64,000 bases of DNA, taken from positions 853 through 64,852 of IMG/VR virus record IMGVR_UViG_2928552194_000001; one strand, written 5' to 3'. A program made the position numbers and the translations under genes. The notes below the pieces were generated by a model. The model was given only the letters and a program-made list of their open reading frames with translations. It was not told where the DNA came from and searched no databases. Positions 1-10,111 of this stretch are shown piece by piece. How positions within the stretch are numbered: position 1 is the stretch's first letter; each line of letters starts with the position of its first letter. Origin of the DNA: a virus. Lineage: Duplodnaviria > Caudoviricetes.

Positions 1-225
1 CGCGACGTTCAGGTCCCAGCCAGCCCAGTCGCCGGTGGCGCCGGAGCCGACGATGTAGCGATCACCGTCTGTGGGGCTTCCCGGCGGCGCGGTCAGGTCG
101 CGATCCTTGACGGACAACTGCACGATGCCGTCGAGGATCCGCAACGCCTCGTTGTGGGTGACATGCTTCTGGGCTTGTGCGGCCATGATGAAGGGCAGCG
201 CCAGGTGCGCCGTGGTGTCGGACAT
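1..225 (-). CDS. DUF2793-family tail-associated protein, N-terminus (runs off window)
   Basis: Own translation MSDTTAHLALPFIMAAQAQKHVTHNEALRILDGIVQL is the typical DUF2793 start; GGAG SD upstream. Confidence 0.85.
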   Translation of the reverse strand, partial: MSDTTAHLALPFIMAAQAQKHVTHNEALRILDGIVQLSVKDRDLTAPPGSPTDGDRYIVGSGATGDWAGWDLNVA

Positions 226-3200
226 GGATGTCTCCGATGGTCAGAACCAGGGTGGTGGTGAGCGCAGCGCCGGCGCCGAGGAACTGCCCGATCTGGGCGA
301 TGCGGATGGTGAGCGCATCGCCGGGCTCGAGCGGCGCACCCCAATCGGCGGCCTGGTCGGCGCCAGTGTAGACGGCGCTGGTGGCAGCAGTGGTCAAGGA
401 TCGCTTGACCACTGAACCGTCGAGAATGTCGACGACATACATTTCGGATGCCTCGCTCATCGGCACTTCGGCGGCGTTCCAGCTGTCGGCGACAAGCGAG
501 CGGTCACAGCGCGTCCAGCGAATGGTGAGATCGCCGGGCACACGCGCCCGGCGCCATGGCTGCTCGACATGGGTCGGCGCGAACGGCCGGAGCCCCTTGC
601 CTTCGGGCGTGAAGCTCGCGGCAACATAGGTCTCGTCGCTGACCGGGCGGCTTGCCGGACCGATACGCCAGTTCCAGGGAAGCCCGAGATCGGCTTCGGC
701 GATCGGCAGTGACGCCAGCGCAGCGTCCAGCACCACGAGCCGCGCCCCGGCCGGGACCGGATTGCTCATGGCGCCCTCGGTTCCGCGCTGCCCGCGCAGG
801 AGTCGGGTGAGACGATAGCGCCCCGGTGCGATCAGTTCGGCCGCCCCCGCCTGCACGATTTCCCAGATGCCTGGTGCGCTCTCGACGGCGAGTGCGTTGG
901 CGCCGCCGAACAGCGCCAGATCGGTCACGCTCTCCAGCGTGCCCGACAGCAGATCGACCACCAGCACGTTGCCGAGATCGAAGCGCGCGGTCGGTCCCGA
1001 CCAGAAATCCGAAACCAGGACGCCGATCCTCGCCCGACCGCCGAAGGTGGTCAGCAGTTCGAAGCCATCGGACGAGCCGCTGCGAAACACCGCCATCTCG
1101 CCGGGCCATGGAACGGCATGGGCTGCGACGAAGGGACGATGAGCAGGCTGATCCTCGGTCAGTTGCGGCAGGTCCATCAATATCGCGTCGGGCGCACCGA
1201 ACACGACCGGGCGCGTCAGCGAGGCCGCACGCGGATCGCCGGGCGGCAGATCGTAGGTCACGCGGTCCTGGCGGATCGCCTCCACTCCGCGCGCCTCGGC
1301 ATCTGCGACGGAGACGAGACGGAACTCGATCTCCCGCCCGTCATGGGCGAGCCGGATCACGTCGGCGGGATCGAGCGCCAGCCGCGAGGGCGGAAGGCGG
1401 AAGGCCGCGCTCTCGCGCCCGGTCCAGGCTTCGAGCAGCGCACGACGGCAGCGGCGTTCCGCCTCTTCCGGCGGAACCGCCGTCGGGAAACTCTCCGATG
1501 CGATCCGCGCCGTGTCGACCGTGATGCGCCGTGCCTCGACGAGCGCGGCGTCGTAGTCCTCGTCGGCGCGGGCCAGTTGCCACTTCAGCGCCTGCGGCAG
1601 TTCGGTCTCCTGGCCCCGCGTCAGCTCCAGCACGTCACCCTCGCGGGTGGCCACCATCTCGTCGGGCGCGATGGTGGCGACGGAGGCCCGGCCGCGCATG
1701 ATGAAACGAATGACCCCCTCGGTCTCCACCGCGTCGAAGCCGAAATGCCGCGACAGCGTGGTGATCGAGGCGCGTGGGCTTTCCAGCGCGCCGATCGCGT
1801 ATCCCTCGACCGCGCCCCAGAGCCCGGTGACATCGATCCGGTCATCGGGCATCCCTGCGCGCAGGCAGAGGTGCCGGACGAGTGCTGCGAGCGACACCGC
1901 GCCGAGCCGACCGGTCAGCCAGTGTCCGAGCCGCCAGTTCGGCCCGTCGGTCCAGACGCCGGTCAGTTCCGGGAAGAAAGGATAGGGCCGTGCATCCCAG
2001 GTCCAGGCGGCGCATTCCGGGACATGGACCATCCGGCCGCCATAGACGACGGAGACCGGGTTGTTCGCGGCTTCACCCCACCAGAGATAGCTCGCCTCGA
2101 GATAGGCGCGCTGGATCGCATCGTCGCGCCAGCCCCGCGAGAAATACGGCGTGAAGCTCTCGGACGACTTCGGATCGAAGAAGACGTTGGGCTGGTTGGT
2201 GCCCCGGTCGATGGCGGGACAGCCGAGCTCGGTGAACCGGATCGGTTTCGACTGCGGCGCCCATGCCGTCGGCGTCGCGCTCTCCACCCCGCCCGGGCGG
2301 TTGTAATGCGGGTTCGACCACCAGGCGCGCAGATCCTTGTAGCGGAAGACCCACGGCTTGCCAGCGGCGCCATCGGCGATCGGAGTCCGCAGCTGCGCGG
2401 ACCGATCGGCGGCCGAGGCATAGAACCAGTCGAAGCCTTCGCCGCCCGCGATGTTCGCCTGAAGATAGGCCCGGTCGTAGATCGCAGGCCAGCCTGCGGT
2501 AGCGTCGGCATGCTCGAACCCGTCCCGCCAGTCCGACAGGGGCATATAGTTGTCGATGCCGATGAAATCGATCTCCGGATCGGCCCAGAGCGGATCGAGG
2601 TGGAAGAACACGTCGCCGCTGCCGTCGCCCGGCTGATGCCCGAAATATTCCGACCAGTCGGCAGCGTAGCCGATCTTCGTTCCGGCCCCGAGAATGGACC
2701 GGACATCAGAGGCCAGATTCCGATAGGCCTGCACGGCCGGATAGGTGGATGCGCCCGAGCGGATGGTGGTGAGGCCCGGCATCTCGGTGCCGATCAGGAA
2801 GGCGTCTACCCCACCTGCGGCCGCGCAGAGATGGGCATAGTGCAGGACCATGCGGCGCAGGCCCCAGTCGCCCGATGGGCCGGTCCAGACGACCGACTGG
2901 CCCGAGACGTTGAAATTCGCTGGCGTGGCCGCGCCGAACAGCGCCGCGACCTGGCTTGCCACCGTGGCGGTCTTGTCCACGGTCCCGGCGAACCCCACTG
3001 CAGGCGAACAGGTGATCCGCCCCCGCCAGGGGAAGGCGGGCTGGCCCATCTCGGCAGCGTTGTCGGAATACGGGTTCGGCAGCGTGTTGCCGGGCGGCAC
3101 GTCCATCAGGATGAAAGGATAGAAGGTCACGCGCAGCCCGCGCGCCTTCATCTCCTGGATCGCCTGCACCACGGCGAAGTCGGACGGCGTGCCGCCATAG

Positions 3201-4204
3201 ACCGGGCGGTCCTGGTCGTCGCGGCTGACCAGGAAGGCGCTTGCGCGGCTGACGCCATTCACCGACCAGCTGGCGGGCGTGGTCGACTTGGCCGACACCT
3301 CGACGCCCGGCCGCACCTTGCACGATCCCGCCCGCAGGTCGTCGCCGAACCAGGCCACGACGAGGCTGACGCTCTCGACCGCGGGCGCCATCGCCTGCAG
3401 CCGGTCCAGCGACTCCACCATGTCGGTGGAGTCGGCCAGCGCGTTCAGGTTCTCCGCCTTTGTCGTCCCGCCATCGGTCTTGCGGATGGCCTGCGTCGCG
3501 TAGGTGAACTCCCCCGAGGTCGGGATCATGGTGACCACACGGGTCAGCCCCTCGGCGGTGTCGGGATCGGCGAGCGGCCGGAACACCTCGAAGGACAGCT
3601 GCGGCAGGCGGTTGCCGTAGGTCGAGAGCGCCAGTTCCTCGAAGACGACATAGGCCGTGCCGCGATAGGCGGGCGTGTTCGCCGCGCCCATCCTGGCCGC
3701 GATGAACGGATCGGCCGTCTGCGCCTCGTCGCCCGGATACCAGCGCCAGGTGACGCCGGAGAGGTCCATCGGCTTGCCGTCGGCCCAGATGCGGCCGATG
3801 CCGGTGATCGGCCCCTCGCAGAGCGCCACGGCGAAGCTGGCGTAGTAGAGATACTCGGTCGTCTTGACCTTGCCGCCCCCGCCGCCCTTGCCGCCGCCCT
3901 GCGTGCTGGTCTTCGTCTCCTCGCGGAAATCCGTTGCCCAGATGATGTTGCCGCCCATCCGCATCCGGCCGTAGAGCCGGGGGATCACGGCCCCTTCGGT
4001 GGACGCAGTGACTCGCAGCGTGTCGAGCCGCACGCCCTCGATGCGCTGCGTCGGCGCCAGCGACGAGATGATCCAGCTGTCGACAACCGAGCCGATGCTG
4101 GAGCCGATGAAGCCACCGATGGTGGCGGCGCTGACGCCGAGGATCGCGCCGCCGATACTGCCGCCAATGGCGGCACCAGCGACACCGAGAACGAGTGTGG
4201 CCAC
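62..4204 (-). CDS. GTA-type baseplate/host-specificity protein (TIM-barrel, 'megatron'-like); C-terminus probably frameshifted
   Basis: 1380 aa; PRLYGRMRMGGNIIWA, FIGIDNYMPLSDWRDG and FTELGCPAIDRGTNQPNVF motifs; reads past the expected stop at 241-243 into the DUF2793 gene. Confidence 0.9.
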   Translation of the reverse strand: MATLVLGVAGAAIGGSIGGAILGVSAATIGGFIGSSIGSVVDSWIISSLAPTQRIEGVRLDTLRVTASTEGAVIPRLYGRMRMGGNIIWATDFREETKTSTQGGGKGGGGGKVKTTEYLYYASFAVALCEGPITGIGRIWADGKPMDLSGVTWRWYPGDEAQTADPFIAARMGAANTPAYRGTAYVVFEELALSTYGNRLPQLSFEVFRPLADPDTAEGLTRVVTMIPTSGEFTYATQAIRKTDGGTTKAENLNALADSTDMVESLDRLQAMAPAVESVSLVVAWFGDDLRAGSCKVRPGVEVSAKSTTPASWSVNGVSRASAFLVSRDDQDRPVYGGTPSDFAVVQAIQEMKARGLRVTFYPFILMDVPPGNTLPNPYSDNAAEMGQPAFPWRGRITCSPAVGFAGTVDKTATVASQVAALFGAATPANFNVSGQSVVWTGPSGDWGLRRMVLHYAHLCAAAGGVDAFLIGTEMPGLTTIRSGASTYPAVQAYRNLASDVRSILGAGTKIGYAADWSEYFGHQPGDGSGDVFFHLDPLWADPEIDFIGIDNYMPLSDWRDGFEHADATAGWPAIYDRAYLQANIAGGEGFDWFYASAADRSAQLRTPIADGAAGKPWVFRYKDLRAWWSNPHYNRPGGVESATPTAWAPQSKPIRFTELGCPAIDRGTNQPNVFFDPKSSESFTPYFSRGWRDDAIQRAYLEASYLWWGEAANNPVSVVYGGRMVHVPECAAWTWDARPYPFFPELTGVWTDGPNWRLGHWLTGRLGAVSLAALVRHLCLRAGMPDDRIDVTGLWGAVEGYAIGALESPRASITTLSRHFGFDAVETEGVIRFIMRGRASVATIAPDEMVATREGDVLELTRGQETELPQALKWQLARADEDYDAALVEARRITVDTARIASESFPTAVPPEEAERRCRRALLEAWTGRESAAFRLPPSRLALDPADVIRLAHDGREIEFRLVSVADAEARGVEAIRQDRVTYDLPPGDPRAASLTRPVVFGAPDAILMDLPQLTEDQPAHRPFVAAHAVPWPGEMAVFRSGSSDGFELLTTFGGRARIGVLVSDFWSGPTARFDLGNVLVVDLLSGTLESVTDLALFGGANALAVESAPGIWEIVQAGAAELIAPGRYRLTRLLRGQRGTEGAMSNPVPAGARLVVLDAALASLPIAEADLGLPWNWRIGPASRPVSDETYVAASFTPEGKGLRPFAPTHVEQPWRRARVPGDLTIRWTRCDRSLVADSWNAAEVPMSEASEMYVVDILDGSVVKRSLTTAATSAVYTGADQAADWGAPLEPGDALTIRIAQIGQFLGAGAALTTTLVLTIGDIHVRHHGAPGAALHHGRTSPEACHPQRGVADPRRHRAVVRQGSRPDRAAGKPHRR

Positions 4205-4207
4205 AGG

Positions 4208-4696
4208 TCAGGACTTTCTTCTGCGCCGAGCCTTCTTGCACTCGGATGCGGCCGGGCGGGGAAACAGGAAGGCGAAGGCGATGCGGCGACGCCATGTCGG
4301 CGTCAGCGCTTCTTCGATCACGCCGAGCCGCTCATAGGCGTGGATGAAGCTGTCGGGGCCGGTGAGGATCCCGACATGCTTGGCGATGGCGCGGGGCTTC
4401 ATCCGGAAGAGGACCAGCGCGCTGGGACAGGCCTCGGACGGGGCGATCTCGGGCATCATGCGCCGCGCGCCCTCGGCCAGCACCTCGCGCGGGCCGGTCT
4501 CGCCCCAGTCGCGGCTGTAGGCTGGGATCGGGAACGGCTCGGGGCCGACGATCTCGCGCCAGACCCCGCGGGCGAGGCCGAGGCAGTCGCAGCCCACGCC
4601 GCGCAGGCTGGCCTGGTCGTGGTAGGGCGTGCCGAGCCATGACCGCGCGATGGCGATGACGCGCGCGGGGTCGGCCAATGCGAGGGGTTGCGTCAC
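4208..4696 (-). CDS. NlpC/P60-family phage tail peptidase
   Basis: ARSWLGTPYHDQAS...GCDCLGL and KHVGI catalytic Cys/His motifs; GTA-like synteny. Confidence 0.9.
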   Translation of the reverse strand: MTQPLALADPARVIAIARSWLGTPYHDQASLRGVGCDCLGLARGVWREIVGPEPFPIPAYSRDWGETGPREVLAEGARRMMPEIAPSEACPSALVLFRMKPRAIAKHVGILTGPDSFIHAYERLGVIEEALTPTWRRRIAFAFLFPRPAASECKKARRRRKS

Positions 4697-5577
4697 AGCA
4701 CGCCTCCCTCGTGACCGCCGTCCTTCGTGGCGTAGCGGAGGACGGCATCCTGGCCGGGGATGTGCAGGAAGCCTCGGAAGTTGGCAGTGTTGGCGAACTT
4801 TGCGCCGCAGGTCTCCATGCGCTTGTCGCAGCCCGCGCGGATGGTGAAACCGTCACCCTCGGCGATGGAGCGCACCGGCGCTTCGAGCAGCGTCAGCACG
4901 GCGATGCCGTCGGTCAGGTCATGCGCGATGATCTCTGCCCGCCGTCCGGCATTGGCACCGCTGGTCCATTCGACCGTGCCGAAGGTGAACCAGCCGGCGG
5001 CAAACGCGCCGAGGCCGGAAGCCGTGAACGTTCGGTCACGCAGGAGATCAATGACGACGCCCGTTCCCCTGAAGGCCGATGCGTCCAGATCGACGCCGCA
5101 GCGCCCGTCCCCGAGCGCCGCGTCGCAAGTGGCCTGGAACGTCCGGCCGACCGTCTGTCCGAGGACATGTGCAAGCGAACGGACCTCTGCCACGAAGGCG
5201 AGCCGTCCCCGCCGGATCTGGCCGATCGCCCCGCGGCGCATCAGCACGCGCTGCGCCGGATCGCTCCAATTCACCCGCCAGACCTCGACCTCTGCATTGT
5301 CCCAGCGACCGTCGAGGATGTCGGTCTCGGTGATCCGGTCGGAGGTCAGCACGCCTTCGGCGTCCTGCGCGTCGACGGAGAGATCGGAACCGGAGCGGAC
5401 CTCCGACGCGGTCAGCCCGCTCTCGGGCTCGAAACCGGTGCCGTCGAAGGTGAGCGTCCCGTCATGGTCGGTGAACCCGAAGGTTGTGCCATCGGCGCGC
5501 GCGATCCGCCAGCACCAGGCCAGTGTGGTCGTGCCTTCGTCGAGATGGGCCTGGAAAGCAGGCGAGAGGGACTTCAC
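4693..5577 (-). CDS. DUF2163 baseplate hub protein (BR0599-like)
   Basis: TTTLAWCWRIARADG...GFTDHD and GCDKRMETCGAKFANTANFRGF Cys motifs. Confidence 0.9.
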   Translation of the reverse strand: MKSLSPAFQAHLDEGTTTLAWCWRIARADGTTFGFTDHDGTLTFDGTGFEPESGLTASEVRSGSDLSVDAQDAEGVLTSDRITETDILDGRWDNAEVEVWRVNWSDPAQRVLMRRGAIGQIRRGRLAFVAEVRSLAHVLGQTVGRTFQATCDAALGDGRCGVDLDASAFRGTGVVIDLLRDRTFTASGLGAFAAGWFTFGTVEWTSGANAGRRAEIIAHDLTDGIAVLTLLEAPVRSIAEGDGFTIRAGCDKRMETCGAKFANTANFRGFLHIPGQDAVLRYATKDGGHEGGVL

Positions 5578-5783
5578 TTCCGCCCCCAGCCGCGCAGAAG
5601 CGCCACGGAAGCCAGAAGCGAAGACACCACGCCTCCGCCCGCGCCGGTCAGGGCATAGAGATTGAAGGGCCGGATATCGAGGGTGCCGGTGGCGAGGTCG
5701 AAATCCGCCAGCCCGGCCATGGCGAGGCCGGATGCGGCAAGACAGGCCAGATAGACGAGGCCGCGGGCAAGGTTCCAGTTCAT
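5574..5783 (-). CDS. Small membrane protein of the lysis module
   Basis: MNWNLARGLVYLACLAASGLAMAG..., hydrophobic; start overlaps the lysozyme stop. Confidence 0.6.
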   Translation of the reverse strand: MNWNLARGLVYLACLAASGLAMAGLADFDLATGTLDIRPFNLYALTGAGGGVVSSLLASVALLRGWGRK

Positions 5784-6448
5784 GGACGTCCTCCGATCAG
5801 GGTGGTGAGGAATGCGATGAGGCGAGACAGCAGCGTGGGCGCAGCGGGCACCATCGGTATGGGGTCGCCGGCCGTCGGAGCCGGAGCCACCTTCGGGCGC
5901 AGTAGCGCGAGCGCCTCGTTCTCGGTCAGCCGCCGGATTGGTCGCGAGAAATCGACCCGGCCATTGCGGTCGACCGCCCAGACCGGGATGGTCCCGGTGG
6001 GGTAACGGCCATGGCGGAACAGATCGCGCTCGGCCTCGCGCCGGGGCCGGATCGCGGCGGGTTTGAGCCAACCCATGAAGGCCTCGGCCGCCGCCGCGCG
6101 GTTGCCTGCGTTCAGAGCCTTCGTCAGTGCGGCTCGCGCGATGCCGCCGGTGTTATAGTGAAAGCTGACCAGGGCATCGAATTCGTGCGGCTCGAGCGGC
6201 ACGGTCACCGCGCGTCGCACCGCCGCCTCGTAGGCGGCCAGATCGGTTCTGAAGACCCTGAACGCCTCACGGATACCGGCATCGAGATCGGCGGGCATGC
6301 CACGGGGCATCCTGGCCGGATCGGGCGACCCAGCCGAGGCCGTGTGGCCGATGCCGAAGGTCCAGACCTGTTTCACATCGAGATAGGGTCCGGGCACGAG
6401 TCCTTCGTGCCGGACGAGGGCCAGAAGGCCCCGGTCGGTCATGTGCAT
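5780..6448 (-). CDS. Phage lysozyme (GH24 endolysin)
   Basis: HEG...PYLDVKQVWTFGIGHT (E-x8-D-x5-T), FDALVSFHYNTG and RREAERDLF motifs. Confidence 0.92.
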   Translation of the reverse strand: MHMTDRGLLALVRHEGLVPGPYLDVKQVWTFGIGHTASAGSPDPARMPRGMPADLDAGIREAFRVFRTDLAAYEAAVRRAVTVPLEPHEFDALVSFHYNTGGIARAALTKALNAGNRAAAAEAFMGWLKPAAIRPRREAERDLFRHGRYPTGTIPVWAVDRNGRVDFSRPIRRLTENEALALLRPKVAPAPTAGDPIPMVPAAPTLLSRLIAFLTTLIGGRP

Positions 6449-6452
6449 GGCG

Positions 6453-6584
6453 TTATCCGAAAGTGGAAATCAGGAAGATCAGCGCGGCGATGGCGAGGCC
6501 GATGCGCAGGCGGTGGGCGAAAGCCTGGCGTGGGGCGGTGGGTTCGCAGCGAATGAAGCGCGCAAGTCGGAGAAGCTCATTCAT
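6453..6584 (-). CDS. 43-aa membrane peptide (below ORF-track cutoff)
   Basis: Own translation MNELLRLARFIRCEPTAPRQAFAHRLRIGLAIAALIFLISTFG; fills the gap between the holin-like gene and lysozyme. Confidence 0.55.
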   Translation of the reverse strand: MNELLRLARFIRCEPTAPRQAFAHRLRIGLAIAALIFLISTFG

Positions 6585-6924
6585 CGTCCCCTCCCTTCGC
6601 GCCGCGCAGGCGGGCGAGGACGAGTTCGATGAAGGCCGGGCCGAAGACGCCGACGAGATAGGCCGCGGACCCTGCTGCCCCGCCAGCTGGGATCGCCTCA
6701 GGCGGCAAGCCGAGCCACCTGGTGACGAGTGCCATGGAAAGGCTGCCCATCCCGGCCGCGATCAACCCGCCGAGCAGGATGTGCCGCAGTGCATCGCGCA
6801 GGCGCATCCTCGTGGTCAGCGCATTGGTCGCGCCGCCGAGCGCGCCCCAGGCGGCAAGGATCACCGCTGTGGAGGCGAGAAGATCGCGCAGGACCGCAGC
6901 GATGAATCCGGGCTCGTCGTTCAT
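6577..6924 (-). CDS. Holin-like multi-TM protein
   Basis: Three hydrophobic segments, upstream of the lysozyme; ATGA overlap with the DUF2460 stop. Confidence 0.6.
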   Translation of the reverse strand: MNDEPGFIAAVLRDLLASTAVILAAWGALGGATNALTTRMRLRDALRHILLGGLIAAGMGSLSMALVTRWLGLPPEAIPAGGAAGSAAYLVGVFGPAFIELVLARLRGAKGGDDE

Positions 6925-7547
6925 CTGCGGATCTCCAGCAGCGGGATGGAAGTGATCGAACCGAGCCGTTCGAGATCGAGGGTGACGTCGATTGCATCGG
7001 TGTCGAAGCGGACGGGCACGTCGAAGGCGAAGCCCGCCGTGACGGCGATGACCGCACCGGGTGCCGTGCCGAAGGTGACGAGGCCGGTCGATGTGGTTGC
7101 CGACCAACCGGAAGCCTGAGCCGTGCCGTTCAGGGCGATGGTCACGGTCCCGGCGACAGGCTTGGTGATGGTCCGTGTCCAGGACTGCGCGCCGGAGGTG
7201 TAGCGCTTCACCAGCTGGAACTGCGTTGTCGAACCGTCGCCGGTGCCGATCACCTGGTCGGTTGCGCCCGGCACCTGCGACGGCAGGCAGGACTTGAAGT
7301 CCGCCCAGTCCTTGAAGCGGAAGCCGTGAAGGCGGCCATTTCGCGCCTCGAAGAAGGCGACCACTGCCGCGAGATCATCGGTACGACGGATGCCATAGGC
7401 CACGTCATAGCGGCGGCGCGAGTTTGCCCAGCTGGCGTTGCGCTCCTCGTCGCCCGAGGCGAGTTCGACAATCTGGGTGCGTCGCTCCGGTCCGCCGCGT
7501 GCACTACGGCTGATATCGCCCGGAAACCGGACCTCGTGGAAAGCCAT
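6921..7547 (-). CDS. DUF2460 (TIGR02217) distal tail protein
   Basis: MAFHEVRFP...GGPERRTQIV and FDVPVRFDTD motifs; follows the TMP. Confidence 0.92.
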   Translation of the reverse strand: MAFHEVRFPGDISRSARGGPERRTQIVELASGDEERNASWANSRRRYDVAYGIRRTDDLAAVVAFFEARNGRLHGFRFKDWADFKSCLPSQVPGATDQVIGTGDGSTTQFQLVKRYTSGAQSWTRTITKPVAGTVTIALNGTAQASGWSATTSTGLVTFGTAPGAVIAVTAGFAFDVPVRFDTDAIDVTLDLERLGSITSIPLLEIRR

Positions 7548-7556
7548 GACGATGCC

Positions 7557-9707
7557 TCACATACCCCTTCGGCCGAGCGAGACCGCGCGGGCGATATCGG
7601 CCGCCACCTGTGTGCGGGATTGCCGGAAGCTCTCGGCGTCGCGGGCATTGATCGTGACATTGACGGTCTGGCCGGCGGTGGCGCCGTAGCCCGCTGCCTC
7701 GCGGCGCGAGAGCACGCGCTCACCGCGTTGCAGGATCGCGGGCACCTCGTCGGGCCTGAGGCCAGCCCAGCCCCCGGAATGCATGCGTGGCGCCCCGGCG
7801 AAGGCCATGGCGGGCACTATGCGGCCCGGTCCCGGCGCGCCGACCATGCCGCCTGCGTGCAGGATGTTGGCGAAGATTCCGCCGCCGAGATTGCCCAGAA
7901 CGCCCGAAAGCACACCTGCGAGCGGGCCAAGGATGAAACGCCGCGCGGCGAGCTTCGCCAGATCGGCGATCAGCGAGGTGACCAGATCACTGATCTTCAG
8001 CTTGCCGGTCTTCACGAATTCGCCGATCGCGTTCTCGGCGCTGCGGAACGCCCCGACCAAGGCATTGCCGATGTCGCCGCCGATGTCGCGCGCCTTCGTT
8101 GCATAGTCGGCCAGGGTCTGGCTCACCGCCGCCCAACCGGTTGCGGCGGCCTCGGCCCCGGCGCGCGTCTGCTCGCCAGCATTGCGCCCGGCCGCGCCGG
8201 CACGACCGGCAGCGGCCGTGGTATCGTTCAGAGCCGCCGTCACTCGACCTGCCGAAGCAGCGGCATCGTCCAGCGCGCCTTCGCTGTCATCGCCACTCAG
8301 CGCATCACGCAGCGCCTGCATCGCCGCGCCCACGCCGTCGAAAGCTCCCGCCCGGGTCTCGGCCGCCCGCTGGCGATAGCGGTCGGCCATCGCGCCGGCG
8401 TTGCTGGCGGCATGGTCGAGCATCGAGGCATAGGATTGCGCCCCGAACCAGTCGATCCGCGCGTCCGCACCGATCGTGTCGGCGACCGCGTTGAAGGTCG
8501 GTCCGATGGTGCCGAGAAAGTCGGCCCATTTGTTCGACAAGAAGGCCATCAGCCGCAGCCAGATCGCCTCGATATCCGCGCGCATGGCCCGGAAGTCATC
8601 CACGAAGGAGCCGAGGGTGGTCTTGATCCCGTCCCAGACGGCGCGCGCCACGTTGCCCATCAGCTCGAGCGCCGAACCGAAGCCGCCCGCGCCCTTCACG
8701 AGCTGGCCGAACCAGTAGATCAGCTCGCCCGCGCCGACGATCAATGCGCCGATCCCGGTGCGGATGATGGCGCCGCGCAGCAGCGTCAGCGCGCCCGACA
8801 GCGTGAGCGTCGCGACGCGGGCGGCAATGAGCCCCGCGACCCAACGCCCGGCCATGAAGGCCGCGAAGGCGATGCCGATGGCCGCAAGCCTCTCCAGATT
8901 GTCGGCCAGCAGGATCAGCGCCTCGGACACCGTCGAGGAGGCGCCCGCCATCTGATCCCAGGTCCCGACCAGCTGCAGGGCGGCATTGCCGATCAGCGTG
9001 AAGGCGTCGCCGATGGTCGCCGGCATGCTGTCGGCTTCCTCACGCAGCAGCTCGAGATTGCCGATCAGCGCCGTGCGGATGACATCGCCGGTGATCGCGC
9101 CCTGCTGACCGAGGGTGCGCAGGCCCGAGACGGTGGTGCCGAGCTTGGACGCCAGCAGTTCCGCGAGCCGCCCGCCGCTCTGGATCACGGTGTTGAGGTT
9201 GTCTCCGCTGAGCCTGCCGAGGGCCATGGCCTTCGAGAGCGCGTTCTGCACCGAGGCCGCGCGCTCGGCCCGCGCACCCGAGACGACCATGGCGTTGTTC
9301 AGCGCCTCGGTGAAATCCAGCGATTCCGCCGTCGTCAGTCCCAGTTCGCGCAGGGCCGTGGCATTGGCGAGCCAGGACTCTGTGGTCTGCCCCAGGCTCG
9401 AATAGGTCCGGCGCGCCATCGACGCGAGCCGGTCCATGACGGCCGCACCAGCTTCCTGCGAGCCGGTGGCGAGATCGACACGCGAGCGCAGGTCGGTCCA
9501 CTGGTCGGCATAGGCGACGAGCTGGCGCGTGCTGATCGCTGCGCCGAGGACGCCCATGACCCGGCGCACCACCGCTCCGGTGATGTCGGCCTGCCGCTCG
9601 ATCCGCCTGAAATTGTTCTCGCCTGCGTCGCCGATCCCCTGAAACTCAGTCTTCACCTGCCGGCCGCCTTCAGCGACGAGGCGGACGGAGACGCGTTTCT
9701 GGGCCAT
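7557..9707 (-). CDS. Tail tape measure protein
   Basis: 716 aa, Ala/Gly-rich; C-terminal HSGGWAGLRPDEVPAILQRGERVL. Confidence 0.92.
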   Translation of the reverse strand: MAQKRVSVRLVAEGGRQVKTEFQGIGDAGENNFRRIERQADITGAVVRRVMGVLGAAISTRQLVAYADQWTDLRSRVDLATGSQEAGAAVMDRLASMARRTYSSLGQTTESWLANATALRELGLTTAESLDFTEALNNAMVVSGARAERAASVQNALSKAMALGRLSGDNLNTVIQSGGRLAELLASKLGTTVSGLRTLGQQGAITGDVIRTALIGNLELLREEADSMPATIGDAFTLIGNAALQLVGTWDQMAGASSTVSEALILLADNLERLAAIGIAFAAFMAGRWVAGLIAARVATLTLSGALTLLRGAIIRTGIGALIVGAGELIYWFGQLVKGAGGFGSALELMGNVARAVWDGIKTTLGSFVDDFRAMRADIEAIWLRLMAFLSNKWADFLGTIGPTFNAVADTIGADARIDWFGAQSYASMLDHAASNAGAMADRYRQRAAETRAGAFDGVGAAMQALRDALSGDDSEGALDDAAASAGRVTAALNDTTAAAGRAGAAGRNAGEQTRAGAEAAATGWAAVSQTLADYATKARDIGGDIGNALVGAFRSAENAIGEFVKTGKLKISDLVTSLIADLAKLAARRFILGPLAGVLSGVLGNLGGGIFANILHAGGMVGAPGPGRIVPAMAFAGAPRMHSGGWAGLRPDEVPAILQRGERVLSRREAAGYGATAGQTVNVTINARDAESFRQSRTQVAADIARAVSLGRRGM

Positions 9708-9751
9708 GGGTCATTATTCCTGACGAACGGGACGACGCTTGCGGACCAGAT

Positions 9752-10111
9752 TCATTGCTCCGGCCCCGGCGACCGCCGGTCACTGGACACCATCTGTTCG
9801 TTGAGCTTGCGCACCATCACCGCCTCGATCTCGGGCAGGCATTCGGCAGCGACCAGCAGATCGAGCCCGAGCGCCCGCGCCATCGCGAGCGCCGCCGTCA
9901 TGTCCCAGCCGAGCACCATGGTCCCGCCCATGCCGGTCGCGATGCGAAGCTGCCCGGTAAGGCGCTGTGCCAGATCCCAGACCTGCCAACCTTCCGGAGT
10001 TTCCGGACGGTTCAGCCGCGCCGGGCAGTCCGGGCACGAGCCTTCGCAGGCCGCGCAGTAGCTTTCGCCCCCGCCGAAGTGCCAGTCTGCGAGGGCGCGG
10101 AGCCGTTTTTT
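9752..10111 (-). CDS. Tail chaperone GT-like extension reached by -1 frameshift
   Basis: -1 frame after A AAA AAC (10105-10111) reads KRLRALADWHFGGGESYCAAC...EIEAVMVRKLNEQM to TGA at 9752-9754. Confidence 0.75.
   Translation of the reverse strand, partial: KKRLRALADWHFGGGESYCAACEGSCPDCPARLNRPETPEGWQVWDLAQRLTGQLRIATGMGGTMVLGWDMTAALAMARALGLDLLVAAECLPEIEAVMVRKLNEQMVSSDRRSPGPEQ

Noticed and set aside
1118-10061. Long alternative-frame ORFs (1118-4642 +, 2706-4295 -, 7326-10061 +) and similar ones elsewhere
   Set aside because: Shadow ORFs of GC-rich genes; they overlap well-supported phage genes and have no motifs.
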